A stretch of DNA of 61,061 bases, from assembly GCA_036154155.1 (NCBI GenBank), contig JAYZLP010000002.1, positions 1 through 61,061 of the forward strand, in the 5' to 3' direction. Below, one piece after another: positions 37,112-45,795 of this stretch (the stretch's first letter is position 1; each line of letters begins with the position of its first letter). A program made the translations under genes and the position numbers. This stretch comes from Thermoplasmatota archaeon. Its GTDB lineage: Archaea; Thermoplasmatota; Poseidoniia; Poseidoniales; Thalassarchaeaceae. Under the pieces are notes generated by a model, which was given only the letters and a program-made list of their open reading frames with translations, had not been told where the DNA came from and did no database searches.

Positions 37112-38014
37112 CTACCTCCTATGTCTCAAAACCACATTAGCAAATGCATCTAGGACTCCGGCACCATCATGTTCCCTCTGGAAAGCAACCATTTCTTCTT
37201 CAGTAATGTGCCCCCATCCGAAAGATCGCTCTATCCTGTGCTTTGCGGCCTCCGGGTGAAACTGCAAACCCCATGCCGGCATTTTTTCGCCAGCCTCCCC
37301 AATTACTCTGACCGCAGTTACGAAGTTATGCTCTGCCGAACCAAGCAATTCACAGCATTCTGGAACCGTGATGACATGGTCCTGGTGGGAGTAAAGAACC
37401 ACTGGCCCCCCCTCCCTCTCCGTTCTTAGATCGAACAACTCATCCCTCGCCCCGGCTTCATTTAGCGACAAGTCCCAAACTCCGCTAGACATCTTTTCCG
37501 CTCTGGTTACCTCGGAACCAAGTGACTTGCATAGAAGTTGGTGCCCAAAGCAAATTCCCAATGTTGGAGTCCCGGATGTGGATGCAACTCTCATCAACGA
37601 AGAGGCACTATTCATCCAATCCTCCCACATCGTTACGTTTCTTCGGGAACCCGAGCAAACCACTGCATCCACGTCAATCAACTCGAGCCACTCCCTCATT
37701 TCGTCGTCCTCCAACTCGCTCGGAAGCGCAATTCTTGTGAATCTGGCTGAATTCCCATTCATTTCGACCTCGCAGCTCTCCCAGAATTCGTAGTCGTAGT
37801 CCCAGTGCGGCACGTCCTCCTCCGAAAGAAGTACAATCCCCTCTGTAGACGCCCTCTTCCCTGAATCGTTAGACTGCATCTGTGGTGTAACCAGCAGAAC
37901 TTCCACATCACCACCCTTCGCCATGGGGATGATGACCTCCTGATTTCCTCCATGTCCGAACTCAGATCTTTCCACAAGGAGGTCAAGGAAGAGGACCCTC
38001 AATGTGTCGCCCAT
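37112..38014 (-). CDS. Class I glutamine amidotransferase-like protein with an unrecognised insert in its N-terminal half
   Basis: TLGICFGHQLL (nucleophile Cys) and GLQFHPE (His/Glu). ATG 38014 was chosen so that the gene does not overlap the divergent Nfu gene; the longest ORF reaches 38140. Confidence 0.7.
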   Translation of the reverse strand: MGDTLRVLFLDLLVERSEFGHGGNQEVIIPMAKGGDVEVLLVTPQMQSNDSGKRASTEGIVLLSEEDVPHWDYDYEFWESCEVEMNGNSARFTRIALPSELEDDEMREWLELIDVDAVVCSGSRRNVTMWEDWMNSASSLMRVASTSGTPTLGICFGHQLLCKSLGSEVTRAEKMSSGVWDLSLNEAGARDELFDLRTEREGGPVVLYSHQDHVITVPECCELLGSAEHNFVTAVRVIGEAGEKMPAWGLQFHPEAAKHRIERSFGWGHITEEEMVAFQREHDGAGVLDAFANVVLRHRR

Positions 38015-38077
38015 GCCAGTCGGAAGGGGCGATTGTTTGAAAGCCCCCCGCATACACAGGGGTCCGAGGGCGGCGTC

Positions 38078-38362
38078 ATGGTGGACAAGCAAGTGATTCT
38101 CGACTCCGTCGGTCCCGTGCAAGCAGTCTTGGATGCCCATGATGGCGTCGTTAATGTGATTGACACAACTGATGGCATCATCTCTATTTCACTCGAGGGC
38201 GGTTGCACTGGATGCAGTGCGACGCCTATGACCGCCATGCAAATTTACTACTCGCTAATGAAATTGGAAGATGTAAACGATGTCCTGTTCGTTAACGGCG
38301 AGCTGCCTGCATACATGAGGGCATTCATAGACGACAAGATCGGCGGAGAGGGTAGTCAGTAG
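38078..38362 (+). CDS. NifU C-terminal (Nfu)-like Fe-S scaffold/carrier domain protein
   Basis: VQAVLDAHDGVVNVIDTTDGIISISLEGGCTGCSATPMT shows the typical Nfu fold signature with CxxC. Confidence 0.7.
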   Translation: MVDKQVILDSVGPVQAVLDAHDGVVNVIDTTDGIISISLEGGCTGCSATPMTAMQIYYSLMKLEDVNDVLFVNGELPAYMRAFIDDKIGGEGSQ

Positions 38363-38701
38363 TCACTCCTCTTCGCGGCGCATCTTCCTGATTTTGTGTG
38401 GATTAGTCTCGCCCTGCACATCTTTTCCTTTCAGATTTAGAGTCGCTGAAATCGCAACTATTACTGCCACCATTGCCATTGGTAGGGCCATCGATCCCGA
38501 ACCCCAGAGCTCTCCTCCCATGGAATTGAGGAGAATCAGCATTATTGCTGAAATAATGCAAAGAGATGCTATTGTTCGCTGTGCAAGAACCTCTCCTTTC
38601 TCAGTTCTTGCGAATGTTCCGATGGACATCCAGAGAAGAGTGGCCACCCCGCAGAAGCTTACTGACAAAGTCTCTAGGAAATCCACGATTTCTATGGCCA
38701 T
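38363..38701 (-). CDS. Small membrane protein (3 TM), unknown function
   Basis: 112-aa ORF with three hydrophobic helices and a basic tail. The opposite-strand ORF over this interval is low-complexity. Confidence 0.5.
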   Translation of the reverse strand: MAIEIVDFLETLSVSFCGVATLLWMSIGTFARTEKGEVLAQRTIASLCIISAIMLILLNSMGGELWGSGSMALPMAMVAVIVAISATLNLKGKDVQGETNPHKIRKMRREEE

Positions 38702-38807
38702 GCACGGCCCAAGGGGTGTTTACTTGAGAGGATTGGGTAATTTTCTCTCACTTTCTAACAACAAGAGGCTGACGAACCTTCATCTTGTAGTTCAATCAGC
38801 GAACATC

Positions 38808-39014
38808 ATGGGACTGATGCGCGGACTCATCCTAGCCGCGATTGCGCTTCTACCAGGCGTATTCCTAGGTTTGTTGGCTTACATCATTATGGGGGGCAAT
38901 ACAAACTCCACAGACCCCTCCGATTTCATGTTCTTGCCATGCTATGGAGTCCCGATGCTTTTCATTGGCGCCGCATTTGTCCTTGGAATGAGGGGCGATC
39001 CGGAGGTCGAGTGA
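38808..39014 (+). CDS. Small 2-TM membrane protein, unknown function
   Basis: MGLMRGLILAAIALLPGVFLGLLAYIIMGG...VPMLFIGAAFVLGM. Its stop overlaps the nth start (TGATG), which suggests translational coupling. Confidence 0.4.
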   Translation: MGLMRGLILAAIALLPGVFLGLLAYIIMGGNTNSTDPSDFMFLPCYGVPMLFIGAAFVLGMRGDPEVE

Positions 39015-39664
39015 TGAAAAGGTCCGAGAAGGCCATAATCATCGGTGAACTTCTGGATGAGATGTACCCGGAAACGCCGATACCCCTGGATCACGACGAC
39101 CCCTACACGCTTCTGGTTGCGGTGATGCTCTCCGCTCAGACCACCGATAAGAAGGTCAACGAGGTGACCCCCCAACTATTCTCTGCCGCAAATACGCCCC
39201 AGGAAATGATGAAACTAGAAGTCAGTGAAATACAGCACCACATCCGACAGATAGGACTCGCTCCAACAAAGGCCCGGAACTTGAAAAGAATGGCCCAACA
39301 GATTGTCCTCGCCGGAGGGGAGATCACTCCAGACTGGGAGTTCTTGGAATCCCTTGCAGGCGTCGGTCACAAAACCGCCAGCGTAGTCATGTCCCAAGCG
39401 TTTGGGATACCAGCATTCCCCGTTGATACCCACATACACCGTCTAGCATCCAGGTGGGGGCTCTCGGATGGGAGGAGTGTGGAGAAAACAGAAAGGGACC
39501 TGAAGAGAGTCTTTCCAAGGGATACTTGGAATCGCAGACACTTGCAGATAATCTACTTCGGAAGAGAGCACTGCCCTGCAAGGAGGCACGACATGGAGGG
39601 GTGCCCGATTTGCTCATGGGCTTCAACAAAGAAGAGGAAGAGGGAGGAGAAGAAGAAATGGTGA
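39014..39664 (+). CDS. nth: Endonuclease III (DNA glycosylase/AP lyase)
   Basis: LLVAVMLSAQTTDKKVN, the HhH-GPD region LAGVGHKTASVVM...PVDTHIHR, and a C-terminal Cys cluster CPARRHDMEGCPIC. Confidence 0.9.
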   Translation: MKRSEKAIIIGELLDEMYPETPIPLDHDDPYTLLVAVMLSAQTTDKKVNEVTPQLFSAANTPQEMMKLEVSEIQHHIRQIGLAPTKARNLKRMAQQIVLAGGEITPDWEFLESLAGVGHKTASVVMSQAFGIPAFPVDTHIHRLASRWGLSDGRSVEKTERDLKRVFPRDTWNRRHLQIIYFGREHCPARRHDMEGCPICSWASTKKRKREEKKKW

Positions 39665-40230
39665 GGGATGTATTCAGGGGTAGGATATTCTCCTCGTCGT
39701 TTGGAAGAGGTGACAGGATTGTCATCGGAAAATGGGAAGAGTCCCCATTAGGCAGATTCACAAATGTGATGTGGGCAGATTCCAATGGCAAAAGGACACT
39801 TTTCTCTCCTTCCGAGGAACACTCTGAATATGTCTCAGCTCTATACACATTCGAAGAGATCAGGATTGTTCCAATAGAAGTCAATATTGCCGGTAAATCG
39901 ATTTCAGTCCAAGCAGATGACTTGAGCGTCTCAATGTTCTGGGGCTTCACACTCCCTCTTCCAATTCCCCGCCCACTCTGGTTCATTTCATCTGTAGAGA
40001 ACTTCTTTGCAAGGATTTTGTTTGGAACAAGGACCCATGGTTTGGCCAACAATGGGAACGAGGAATGGTACTCAGTCCGGGGGATTTCATGGTTGAAGGG
40101 CGCAAGTGCAAAGGTTTCAGGGAATGATTTGGGAGACATGACTAGAAGATCGGACTCTGCATGTTTCGGATTCAGTGAACCGCCGGTTAGGCCCGCGGCC
40201 GTCACACTCTCTTCCATAATCCAGAAGTAA
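39658..40230 (+). CDS. Hypothetical protein (190 aa)
   Basis: The ATG overlaps the nth stop by 7 nt and the amino-acid composition is balanced. A 316-aa ORF on the opposite strand covers the same DNA, so strand assignment is uncertain. Confidence 0.45.
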   Translation: MVRDVFRGRIFSSSFGRGDRIVIGKWEESPLGRFTNVMWADSNGKRTLFSPSEEHSEYVSALYTFEEIRIVPIEVNIAGKSISVQADDLSVSMFWGFTLPLPIPRPLWFISSVENFFARILFGTRTHGLANNGNEEWYSVRGISWLKGASAKVSGNDLGDMTRRSDSACFGFSEPPVRPAAVTLSSIIQK

Positions 40231-40261
40231 AGGTCATCATTGTGCCCCCTCTCCGGTGTAT

Positions 40262-40744
40262 ATGGCAGAACCTGTGACCCTATCAATTGGAGACAAAGCC
40301 CCAGACTTCGAGGCCGTCTTGACAGATGGTTCGACAATCACCCTCTCAGAGATCCTATCTTCCGGAAGGGGGGTGATATTGTACTTCTACCCTCGTGACA
40401 ACACACCCGGTTGCACTGTTCAGGCATGCGATTTCAGAGACAACATGGGAAGGCTGGAAAATAACAAGTGGGCAGTATTGGGAGTTTCTACAGACTCTGC
40501 CAAGTCACATGAGAAATTTATTTCCAAACACGAACTCCCATTTGACCTAATTGTCGATGAAGACGCTGAACTCCACCAGGCCTATGGGACATGGAGAGAG
40601 AAGAATATGTATGGAAAAACGTACATGGGGACTCTGAGATCCACATTCGCCATAGGCGTTGACGGGAATCTTGAGTGGGTCGGATACAAGGTCGGTTCAA
40701 AGGGGCATGTCGACAAACTGATTGAAGAATTAGGGATGGCGTGA
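40262..40744 (+). CDS. bcp: Peroxiredoxin Bcp (thiol peroxidase)
   Basis: VILYFYPRDNTPGCTVQACDFRD is the Bcp/PrxQ active site. Confidence 0.9.
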   Translation: MAEPVTLSIGDKAPDFEAVLTDGSTITLSEILSSGRGVILYFYPRDNTPGCTVQACDFRDNMGRLENNKWAVLGVSTDSAKSHEKFISKHELPFDLIVDEDAELHQAYGTWREKNMYGKTYMGTLRSTFAIGVDGNLEWVGYKVGSKGHVDKLIEELGMA

Positions 40745-40747
40745 GAA

Positions 40748-40975
40748 ATGAGTCAGGAGTCTAGACGAGAAATCGTTGAGCGATTCCTAAGGCGTTGCGT
40801 TAAGTACGCAGACGAGTCGATTCGAAGGAAGCGTCAGAGAGGGGATAGTGAGGACGAGATTTCCAAATGGGTCGCCTACAGGGACTTCACAGCGCACGCC
40901 GTCGAGGAAGTCGCATCAGGCGATTTGGACTCATGGCTTGAAGACGGCCCTGTGTCCTACGAACCTGAAAATTAG
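40748..40975 (+). CDS. Small acidic hypothetical protein (75 aa)
   Basis: The ORF begins 4 nt after the bcp stop. Helical, charged composition with no recognised family. Confidence 0.45.
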   Translation: MSQESRREIVERFLRRCVKYADESIRRKRQRGDSEDEISKWVAYRDFTAHAVEEVASGDLDSWLEDGPVSYEPEN

Positions 40976-41442
40976 AGCTCGGAGAGCTGGTCCATTCCCC
41001 CTATGCCCAACTCGTGCTTGTTGGTGTCCACCCTCATCCCGGCACCTGCAACCATTAGGAGAGTATCATCGTCATTGATGGCGAATACTGGGAGTCCCAG
41101 CCTAGCTGCCATCTCTTGCACCCTCCTCCTGCAAACGTCTCTCTGGCTAGGCATATGGACCAAGGAACCCAGGTCAACTAGGATCATATTGCCCCCTGAA
41201 AGGACATCAGACATTCCTTCTGTGTGGAGTCTATGGAGCGTGTCAGGCTTGAGGTAGACAACCTGCCTCTGAGCTTCCGGTGTCATCCTCCCTGTCCTGT
41301 CCGCCCACCCCTGCTCATCCAGGTAGTGGAAAACATCCTCCGCTTGCGGCTCCGGATCAACTGTGACCCCTTTCTTCGAAATACTCGCCCCACTGACCTT
41401 CGACGGATCGGGTAATCCCAGTAGTCGGAACAGGTTGGCCAT
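40972..41442 (-). CDS. sepF: SepF-like cell-division protein
   Basis: An N-terminal amphipathic MANLFRLLGL followed by a linker. The core VVYLKPDTLHRL...VLSGGNMILVDLGSL...RRVQEMAARLGLPVFAINDDDTLLMVAG matches the layout of archaeal SepF (DUF552). Confidence 0.55.
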   Translation of the reverse strand: MANLFRLLGLPDPSKVSGASISKKGVTVDPEPQAEDVFHYLDEQGWADRTGRMTPEAQRQVVYLKPDTLHRLHTEGMSDVLSGGNMILVDLGSLVHMPSQRDVCRRRVQEMAARLGLPVFAINDDDTLLMVAGAGMRVDTNKHELGIGGMDQLSEL

Positions 41443-41456
41443 GATGGCGCCGATGA

Positions 41457-44400
41457 CTAATCCTCAAAGAGTGCTTCGATGTCTTCGTCGTCCAGAGCCT
41501 CTTCTACGGACACTGCCACATCCTCCGGGACAGCTTCGTCAACCTCTTCCTCGACCGTCTCGCCAGTAAGCTCCTCGAAAGCCTCTGCTACCCCCTCTCC
41601 AGAGAACCTGTCAACTTCGGATTCGACGCTTTCATAGGTCCCCTCCGACTCTCCATCATCTTCTTGAGTAGGCGAATCGGGGTTTTCCTTCTCCTTGCTG
41701 AAGGGGTCATATTGAGGATTGTCAAATGCATCGTCCATTGATATTCTCCTCCTACCTAGTGCCGGATCAGGCCTAGCTCTGCGGTCAGGCCCCCCCCTCT
41801 TCTGCAGAACCACAGCAGCGCCAATTACAACAATCAGGACGAAGGCCAGAATTATTCCATAGTCGGAGACAAACTCCCCCATGCTGAAGGGAGCCTCAAG
41901 AATCACTACAGTAAGTGTCACCGAAGCTCCGTCGCCCTCATCCAGAGCAGTCATTTTTATTGTTCTCGAACCATAACCGTTGAACGTCCACTCAATCCAC
42001 TGGCCTTGGATGTCTATGTCGTTCTCCGGATCGCCGTCACCATCGCTGTCTACAGCCGTGTCCATGTCCCAGTTGTACAGCATATTTGCCATATCGTGCT
42101 CTGAGTCCGTTGTCCCATTAGCGGTGAAGAATAACACATCCCCCTCTTGTACGTCCAAAAACGCACTGGAATCAGCCTTAGGAACCGGCTTGACGTTCCT
42201 AATATCTAGCGGAATTTCCACAGATGCCGTTGCGCCATCGTCATCAGTAACGTGGAAAATTATCATCTCTGGCGCAGTGGTGGCATCGGGCCAAGATCGA
42301 GTGAGGTGGCCCGACTCCAAGTCACAGTCATCCGTCGAAGTCCCCTCTCCATCACTGTTCGACAGTGGATCAAGGTCGAAGCACCTGGTTAGTGTGAGCA
42401 TGTCGCCACTTGTATCAGTCACCTGGATGAGGATGTCTACCAACGAGTCTTCTGCAGCGGGAAGTGGCGGAGAGATTGGTGAGATAGATGGCTCAATGTT
42501 CATCACTTCTATCGGAACAATAAGTGCCTCTGTACTTTCTCCGTCATCGTCGACAACCTGCAGTGTCGCGAGATGCATCCCGGAGGTGTCATAGATGTAC
42601 TCCATAGTACTCTTTCTTCCCGTTGTCTCCATAACGATGTCCGGATTATTCTCAGCATCAGGGGACCATATGTGCACTAGGGTATCCATGTCATTTTCAG
42701 AATCGTCAGCCCAACCCTCGAATCGGAGCGAATCCCCCTCATTCACAATGAAGACGCCCCTGCTGTCGGCTATCATTCGATTATCGCCCAGCCAAATCTC
42801 GGCTCTCGGGTTCGTAGGGGCAATGTTCCTGACCTCTATGGTCTTGGTCGAAGAAACGACGGCCCCGTCGTCATCCATCACTTCGACCTCAGCGGTGTAT
42901 TCGCCCTCTGATGTGGGCGTCACGGTACAGTAGAACCCAACTTGCCCCTCCTCACAAGGTTGCTTCCATAGTATGTCCACCGGTGCGGAGGGGTTCTGTG
43001 TGTCCAGGTCGCCAACGGAATCCTCGACATTGAACTCGATGGGGGAAAGCACTGGTGTCCACTCGTACTCAGAGTTGACTGTAACGTACGGCTCTCGATT
43101 AAGTATGGTCACTACCGACTCGCTCCAACTTTGGTCATTTTCATCATCTGTGATCACTAGCCTGATCGAGAAAACGCCGTCGTCGTCCCACGTATGCTCA
43201 TGGACACAGTCTTCCTCTGCAGATGAGGCATAACCCCCTTCCAGAGTCTCCACAATAAATTCGCATGAAAAATCCCCACCATCTGGGTCGTAAGAAGAAA
43301 GTCCGTTGAAGCTAACTTGGTCAAGAGTCAAAGATTGCGAAGGAGCGCTAAGGCTAGCCGTAGGGGCCCTACCGATGAACAACGAGAATGAACCGTGGTT
43401 GTTGCTCCTATTGCCGTCATTGTATACCTCCTCGTTGGGGTCGACGGTGAAAGATAGCGAGACATCGCCTATCGCCTGAGACTGAGGAACCATCCAGTCG
43501 ACCTCGACTCTTGACTGGCTGAGGCTGGAAAGTGGTGGCACAGAAACACTCTCAGAGGTCCCATCAGGTGCTTCTACCGACATCGTAGTAGCGGGAGAGC
43601 TCAGAATCCCCCTATTCTGAACAGGGATGCTGAATGTCAGCATGTCCCCCGGTATCGCGTTGAATCCTACTACGGAATCCAAGGTGGTAGTTTGATTGTC
43701 CCTAACCCTCTCTACCGTTACGCCCTCCGATCTGGCAATCAGGTCAACGGGGTAAGTGTCCGGGTCTATCGTTATTGTAGATGCGCCAATTATCTTCTGA
43801 TTTGGTATCCAAACAATCACTCCATGGCTCCCCGTGTCGGGACCGCCAATGGAATCATCGGACTCACTACCAGAGTTGAATGTAATTTCCGCCGAACCAC
43901 CTGAACCGGTCGTGAATGTCCTGACATCCTCTTCTATTCCATACCTGAACTCAATAGACTGGCCAGATACATCCTGATTGTTCTGAGTGACATTGGCGAA
44001 TACGGATTGATCCATGTCCAGGGGGGAAAGAGCGAATTCAAGATCAACCGAGATTTGCTTGCTCCTAGGTGCCGCTTGATACATGACCAATTCGTGATTA
44101 GCCAGGAAACCAACGCTTTGGGTGAACGAGGAGTAAACGTCCCCTCTCACAGATGGGCAAAACCACCTGTATCCAGTTGGATCGCCATTAGAATCATAAT
44201 TTGTGATGTTGTAAGATTGCTGACAGGATGCATAGCTGACACCAGGGGCGCCCCTGCTCACGACTTCCCAGCTAGACGACTCGTGTGAAGACTCATCAGC
44301 AGGAATGTCCACATAGTCGCTAGACCCGGTGTATTCTGTATCTTGATAGTAGTCCGTGGACCATTCGTCACCTACGTTCAGAGGGAAATCATACCCCTCT

Positions 44401-44948
44401 GTCGGTGGCGAGAATGTTTGCGAAATTACGAGATCCGCTACGTCTATGTTGATTGTCCACCAGAGGATTTGGTATTCGAAGTCTATGTCAATAGTAGCCT
44501 CTTGACTGATAGTGGCAAGGTCTGACGCCCTAATCAATTCTGTAGTATCTATTTCTACAACTAGGTCCCCCTCATTACCATCAAGCTCGATATCTTCAGC
44601 TTCGTAAGTTCCTACTGAATTCGCCTCATAGACTAGGGTGGATCTGTTGTCCACGTCTGCTAGGACATAGATGTCATCGATATTCTTGACCAGTGAACCC
44701 TCCAGAAAGTCAACAGTCGTACTAACACCAGAGGTCGCGATAAAGTCTCTTACGTCCAACTCTCCGTTGTACGTCCACCTGTCATTTATTCGCCATGTGG
44801 GTAGGTCGACGATTCCCGTATTCCTGGATGTCGAGTGGGTTTCCTGTTCACCCCCCAGGGCCTCTCTTTCTCCGTCAATCAGCAGTATACAGTACTGTGA
44901 AGATAGGAGAATCGCTAATCCAATTGCTATCGCCCGCGCGCTACGCAT
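41457..44948 (-). CDS. Large surface protein with multiple PKD-like repeats, a C-terminal TM and an acidic cytoplasmic tail
   Basis: Signal peptide from ATG 44948. Recurrent PKD-type motifs (SSYDPDGG, ITDDENDQS, VMDDDGAV, VVDDDGES, VTDDDGAT). TM helix YGIILAFVLIVVIGAAVVL, followed by a ~150-aa D/E-rich tail. Confidence 0.8.
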   Translation of the reverse strand: MRSARAIAIGLAILLSSQYCILLIDGEREALGGEQETHSTSRNTGIVDLPTWRINDRWTYNGELDVRDFIATSGVSTTVDFLEGSLVKNIDDIYVLADVDNRSTLVYEANSVGTYEAEDIELDGNEGDLVVEIDTTELIRASDLATISQEATIDIDFEYQILWWTINIDVADLVISQTFSPPTEGYDFPLNVGDEWSTDYYQDTEYTGSSDYVDIPADESSHESSSWEVVSRGAPGVSYASCQQSYNITNYDSNGDPTGYRWFCPSVRGDVYSSFTQSVGFLANHELVMYQAAPRSKQISVDLEFALSPLDMDQSVFANVTQNNQDVSGQSIEFRYGIEEDVRTFTTGSGGSAEITFNSGSESDDSIGGPDTGSHGVIVWIPNQKIIGASTITIDPDTYPVDLIARSEGVTVERVRDNQTTTLDSVVGFNAIPGDMLTFSIPVQNRGILSSPATTMSVEAPDGTSESVSVPPLSSLSQSRVEVDWMVPQSQAIGDVSLSFTVDPNEEVYNDGNRSNNHGSFSLFIGRAPTASLSAPSQSLTLDQVSFNGLSSYDPDGGDFSCEFIVETLEGGYASSAEEDCVHEHTWDDDGVFSIRLVITDDENDQSWSESVVTILNREPYVTVNSEYEWTPVLSPIEFNVEDSVGDLDTQNPSAPVDILWKQPCEEGQVGFYCTVTPTSEGEYTAEVEVMDDDGAVVSSTKTIEVRNIAPTNPRAEIWLGDNRMIADSRGVFIVNEGDSLRFEGWADDSENDMDTLVHIWSPDAENNPDIVMETTGRKSTMEYIYDTSGMHLATLQVVDDDGESTEALIVPIEVMNIEPSISPISPPLPAAEDSLVDILIQVTDTSGDMLTLTRCFDLDPLSNSDGEGTSTDDCDLESGHLTRSWPDATTAPEMIIFHVTDDDGATASVEIPLDIRNVKPVPKADSSAFLDVQEGDVLFFTANGTTDSEHDMANMLYNWDMDTAVDSDGDGDPENDIDIQGQWIEWTFNGYGSRTIKMTALDEGDGASVTLTVVILEAPFSMGEFVSDYGIILAFVLIVVIGAAVVLQKRGGPDRRARPDPALGRRRISMDDAFDNPQYDPFSKEKENPDSPTQEDDGESEGTYESVESEVDRFSGEGVAEAFEELTGETVEEEVDEAVPEDVAVSVEEALDDEDIEALFED

Positions 44949-44989
44949 ACCGGTCTCTGGGCGTAACGCCCAAATCAATGTGTCTAAGA

Positions 44990-45721
44990 TTACATTGCCC
45001 TGTAGTCTGGTAGGTCAGCAAGCTCGTCCTGAATAAACTGGACCGCCTCAAGAATCTCGTCCTTGTGCCTAGCCCCTGTTATCACCATCTTTCCACTTCC
45101 GAAAATTAGGCAAACTACCTTGGGATAGTCAAGTCTGTATATCAGCCCGGGGAACTGCTCGGGTTCATACTCGACCTTGTCGAATGGAAGATGGAATGTC
45201 AGGTTGTTTAGGTTCAGCCTTCTGGGGAGTGCTGCTAGCGGCTCTCCTTGCTTGATCCCCCTGATTCTCGTATCCTCTTCTTCCACTTCTTCATCGGTAG
45301 CGGCCCTAATCCCGCCCCCGTCAACATCGATTACTTTGGTGTTGATGTCATCCATCTTAGCTACTCCATCGTAGTCTTCTGGGAAGAACAATGAGTATGT
45401 TGCCACCATGTTCTGGACCTCAATCTCCACATCTTTTAGGTCCCAAGTGGTTATTCCGGCAGCCCTTAGATCACCAATCATCCTCTCTATCCCTGTCTCG
45501 ATGTTTGCTTGGTTCTTGCCACCGGTGCAAACCGCACGACCGGACCTAAACATCAGTATCGCGAGCTTCGGGTCGACCACTCTGTAGACCACACCAGGGA
45601 ATTGTTCTGGCTCATACTCGCAATTGAGTTGGATTGCAATATCTGGCAGGTCCAACTCCTCGGCAACTCTTGTCGATGCTACGACATTCACAACTGTAAG
45701 ACGCTCCTCGTCACTAAGCAT
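44990..45721 (-). CDS. tbp: TATA-box binding protein with an insertion in repeat 2
   Basis: Two TBP repeats (NVVAS...CEYEPEQFPGVVYR...FRSGRAVCTG and QNMVAT...VEYEPEQFPGLIYR...FGSGKMVITG). The protein is 243 aa, whereas I expect about 180-190 aa for archaeal TBPs. Confidence 0.9.
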   Translation of the reverse strand: MLSDEERLTVVNVVASTRVAEELDLPDIAIQLNCEYEPEQFPGVVYRVVDPKLAILMFRSGRAVCTGGKNQANIETGIERMIGDLRAAGITTWDLKDVEIEVQNMVATYSLFFPEDYDGVAKMDDINTKVIDVDGGGIRAATDEEVEEEDTRIRGIKQGEPLAALPRRLNLNNLTFHLPFDKVEYEPEQFPGLIYRLDYPKVVCLIFGSGKMVITGARHKDEILEAVQFIQDELADLPDYRAM

Positions 45722-45743
45722 GGGTCGCGCACTTATATTCTTC

Positions 45744-45750
45744 TTATAAA
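45744..45750 (-). promoter_or_regulatory. Candidate TATA box of the tbp gene (TTTATAA on the minus strand), centred about 26 nt upstream of the ATG
   Basis: The minus strand reads CCTTTATAAGAAGAATATAAGTGCGCGACC-ATG. This spacing would give a leaderless or near-leaderless mRNA, as is common in archaea. Confidence 0.45.
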
Positions 45751-45795
45751 GGATAGTCGTGCCAATCGACCACTAGTTGCCCTGTTTTACGGGCT

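Noticed and set aside
38394-38807. N-terminal two-thirds of the 206-aa plus-strand ORF
   Set aside because: It is antisense to the 112-aa membrane-protein ORF and is low-complexity. Only the distal part, from ATG 38808, looks like a real (2-TM) product coupled to nth.
41980-43233. Series of plus-strand ORFs (204, 112 and 86 aa) inside the PKD-protein gene
   Set aside because: They are Ser-rich mirror-frame products of the acidic (D/E-rich) minus-strand gene. Their codons are the GAx/GAC complements, and no independent signals are present.
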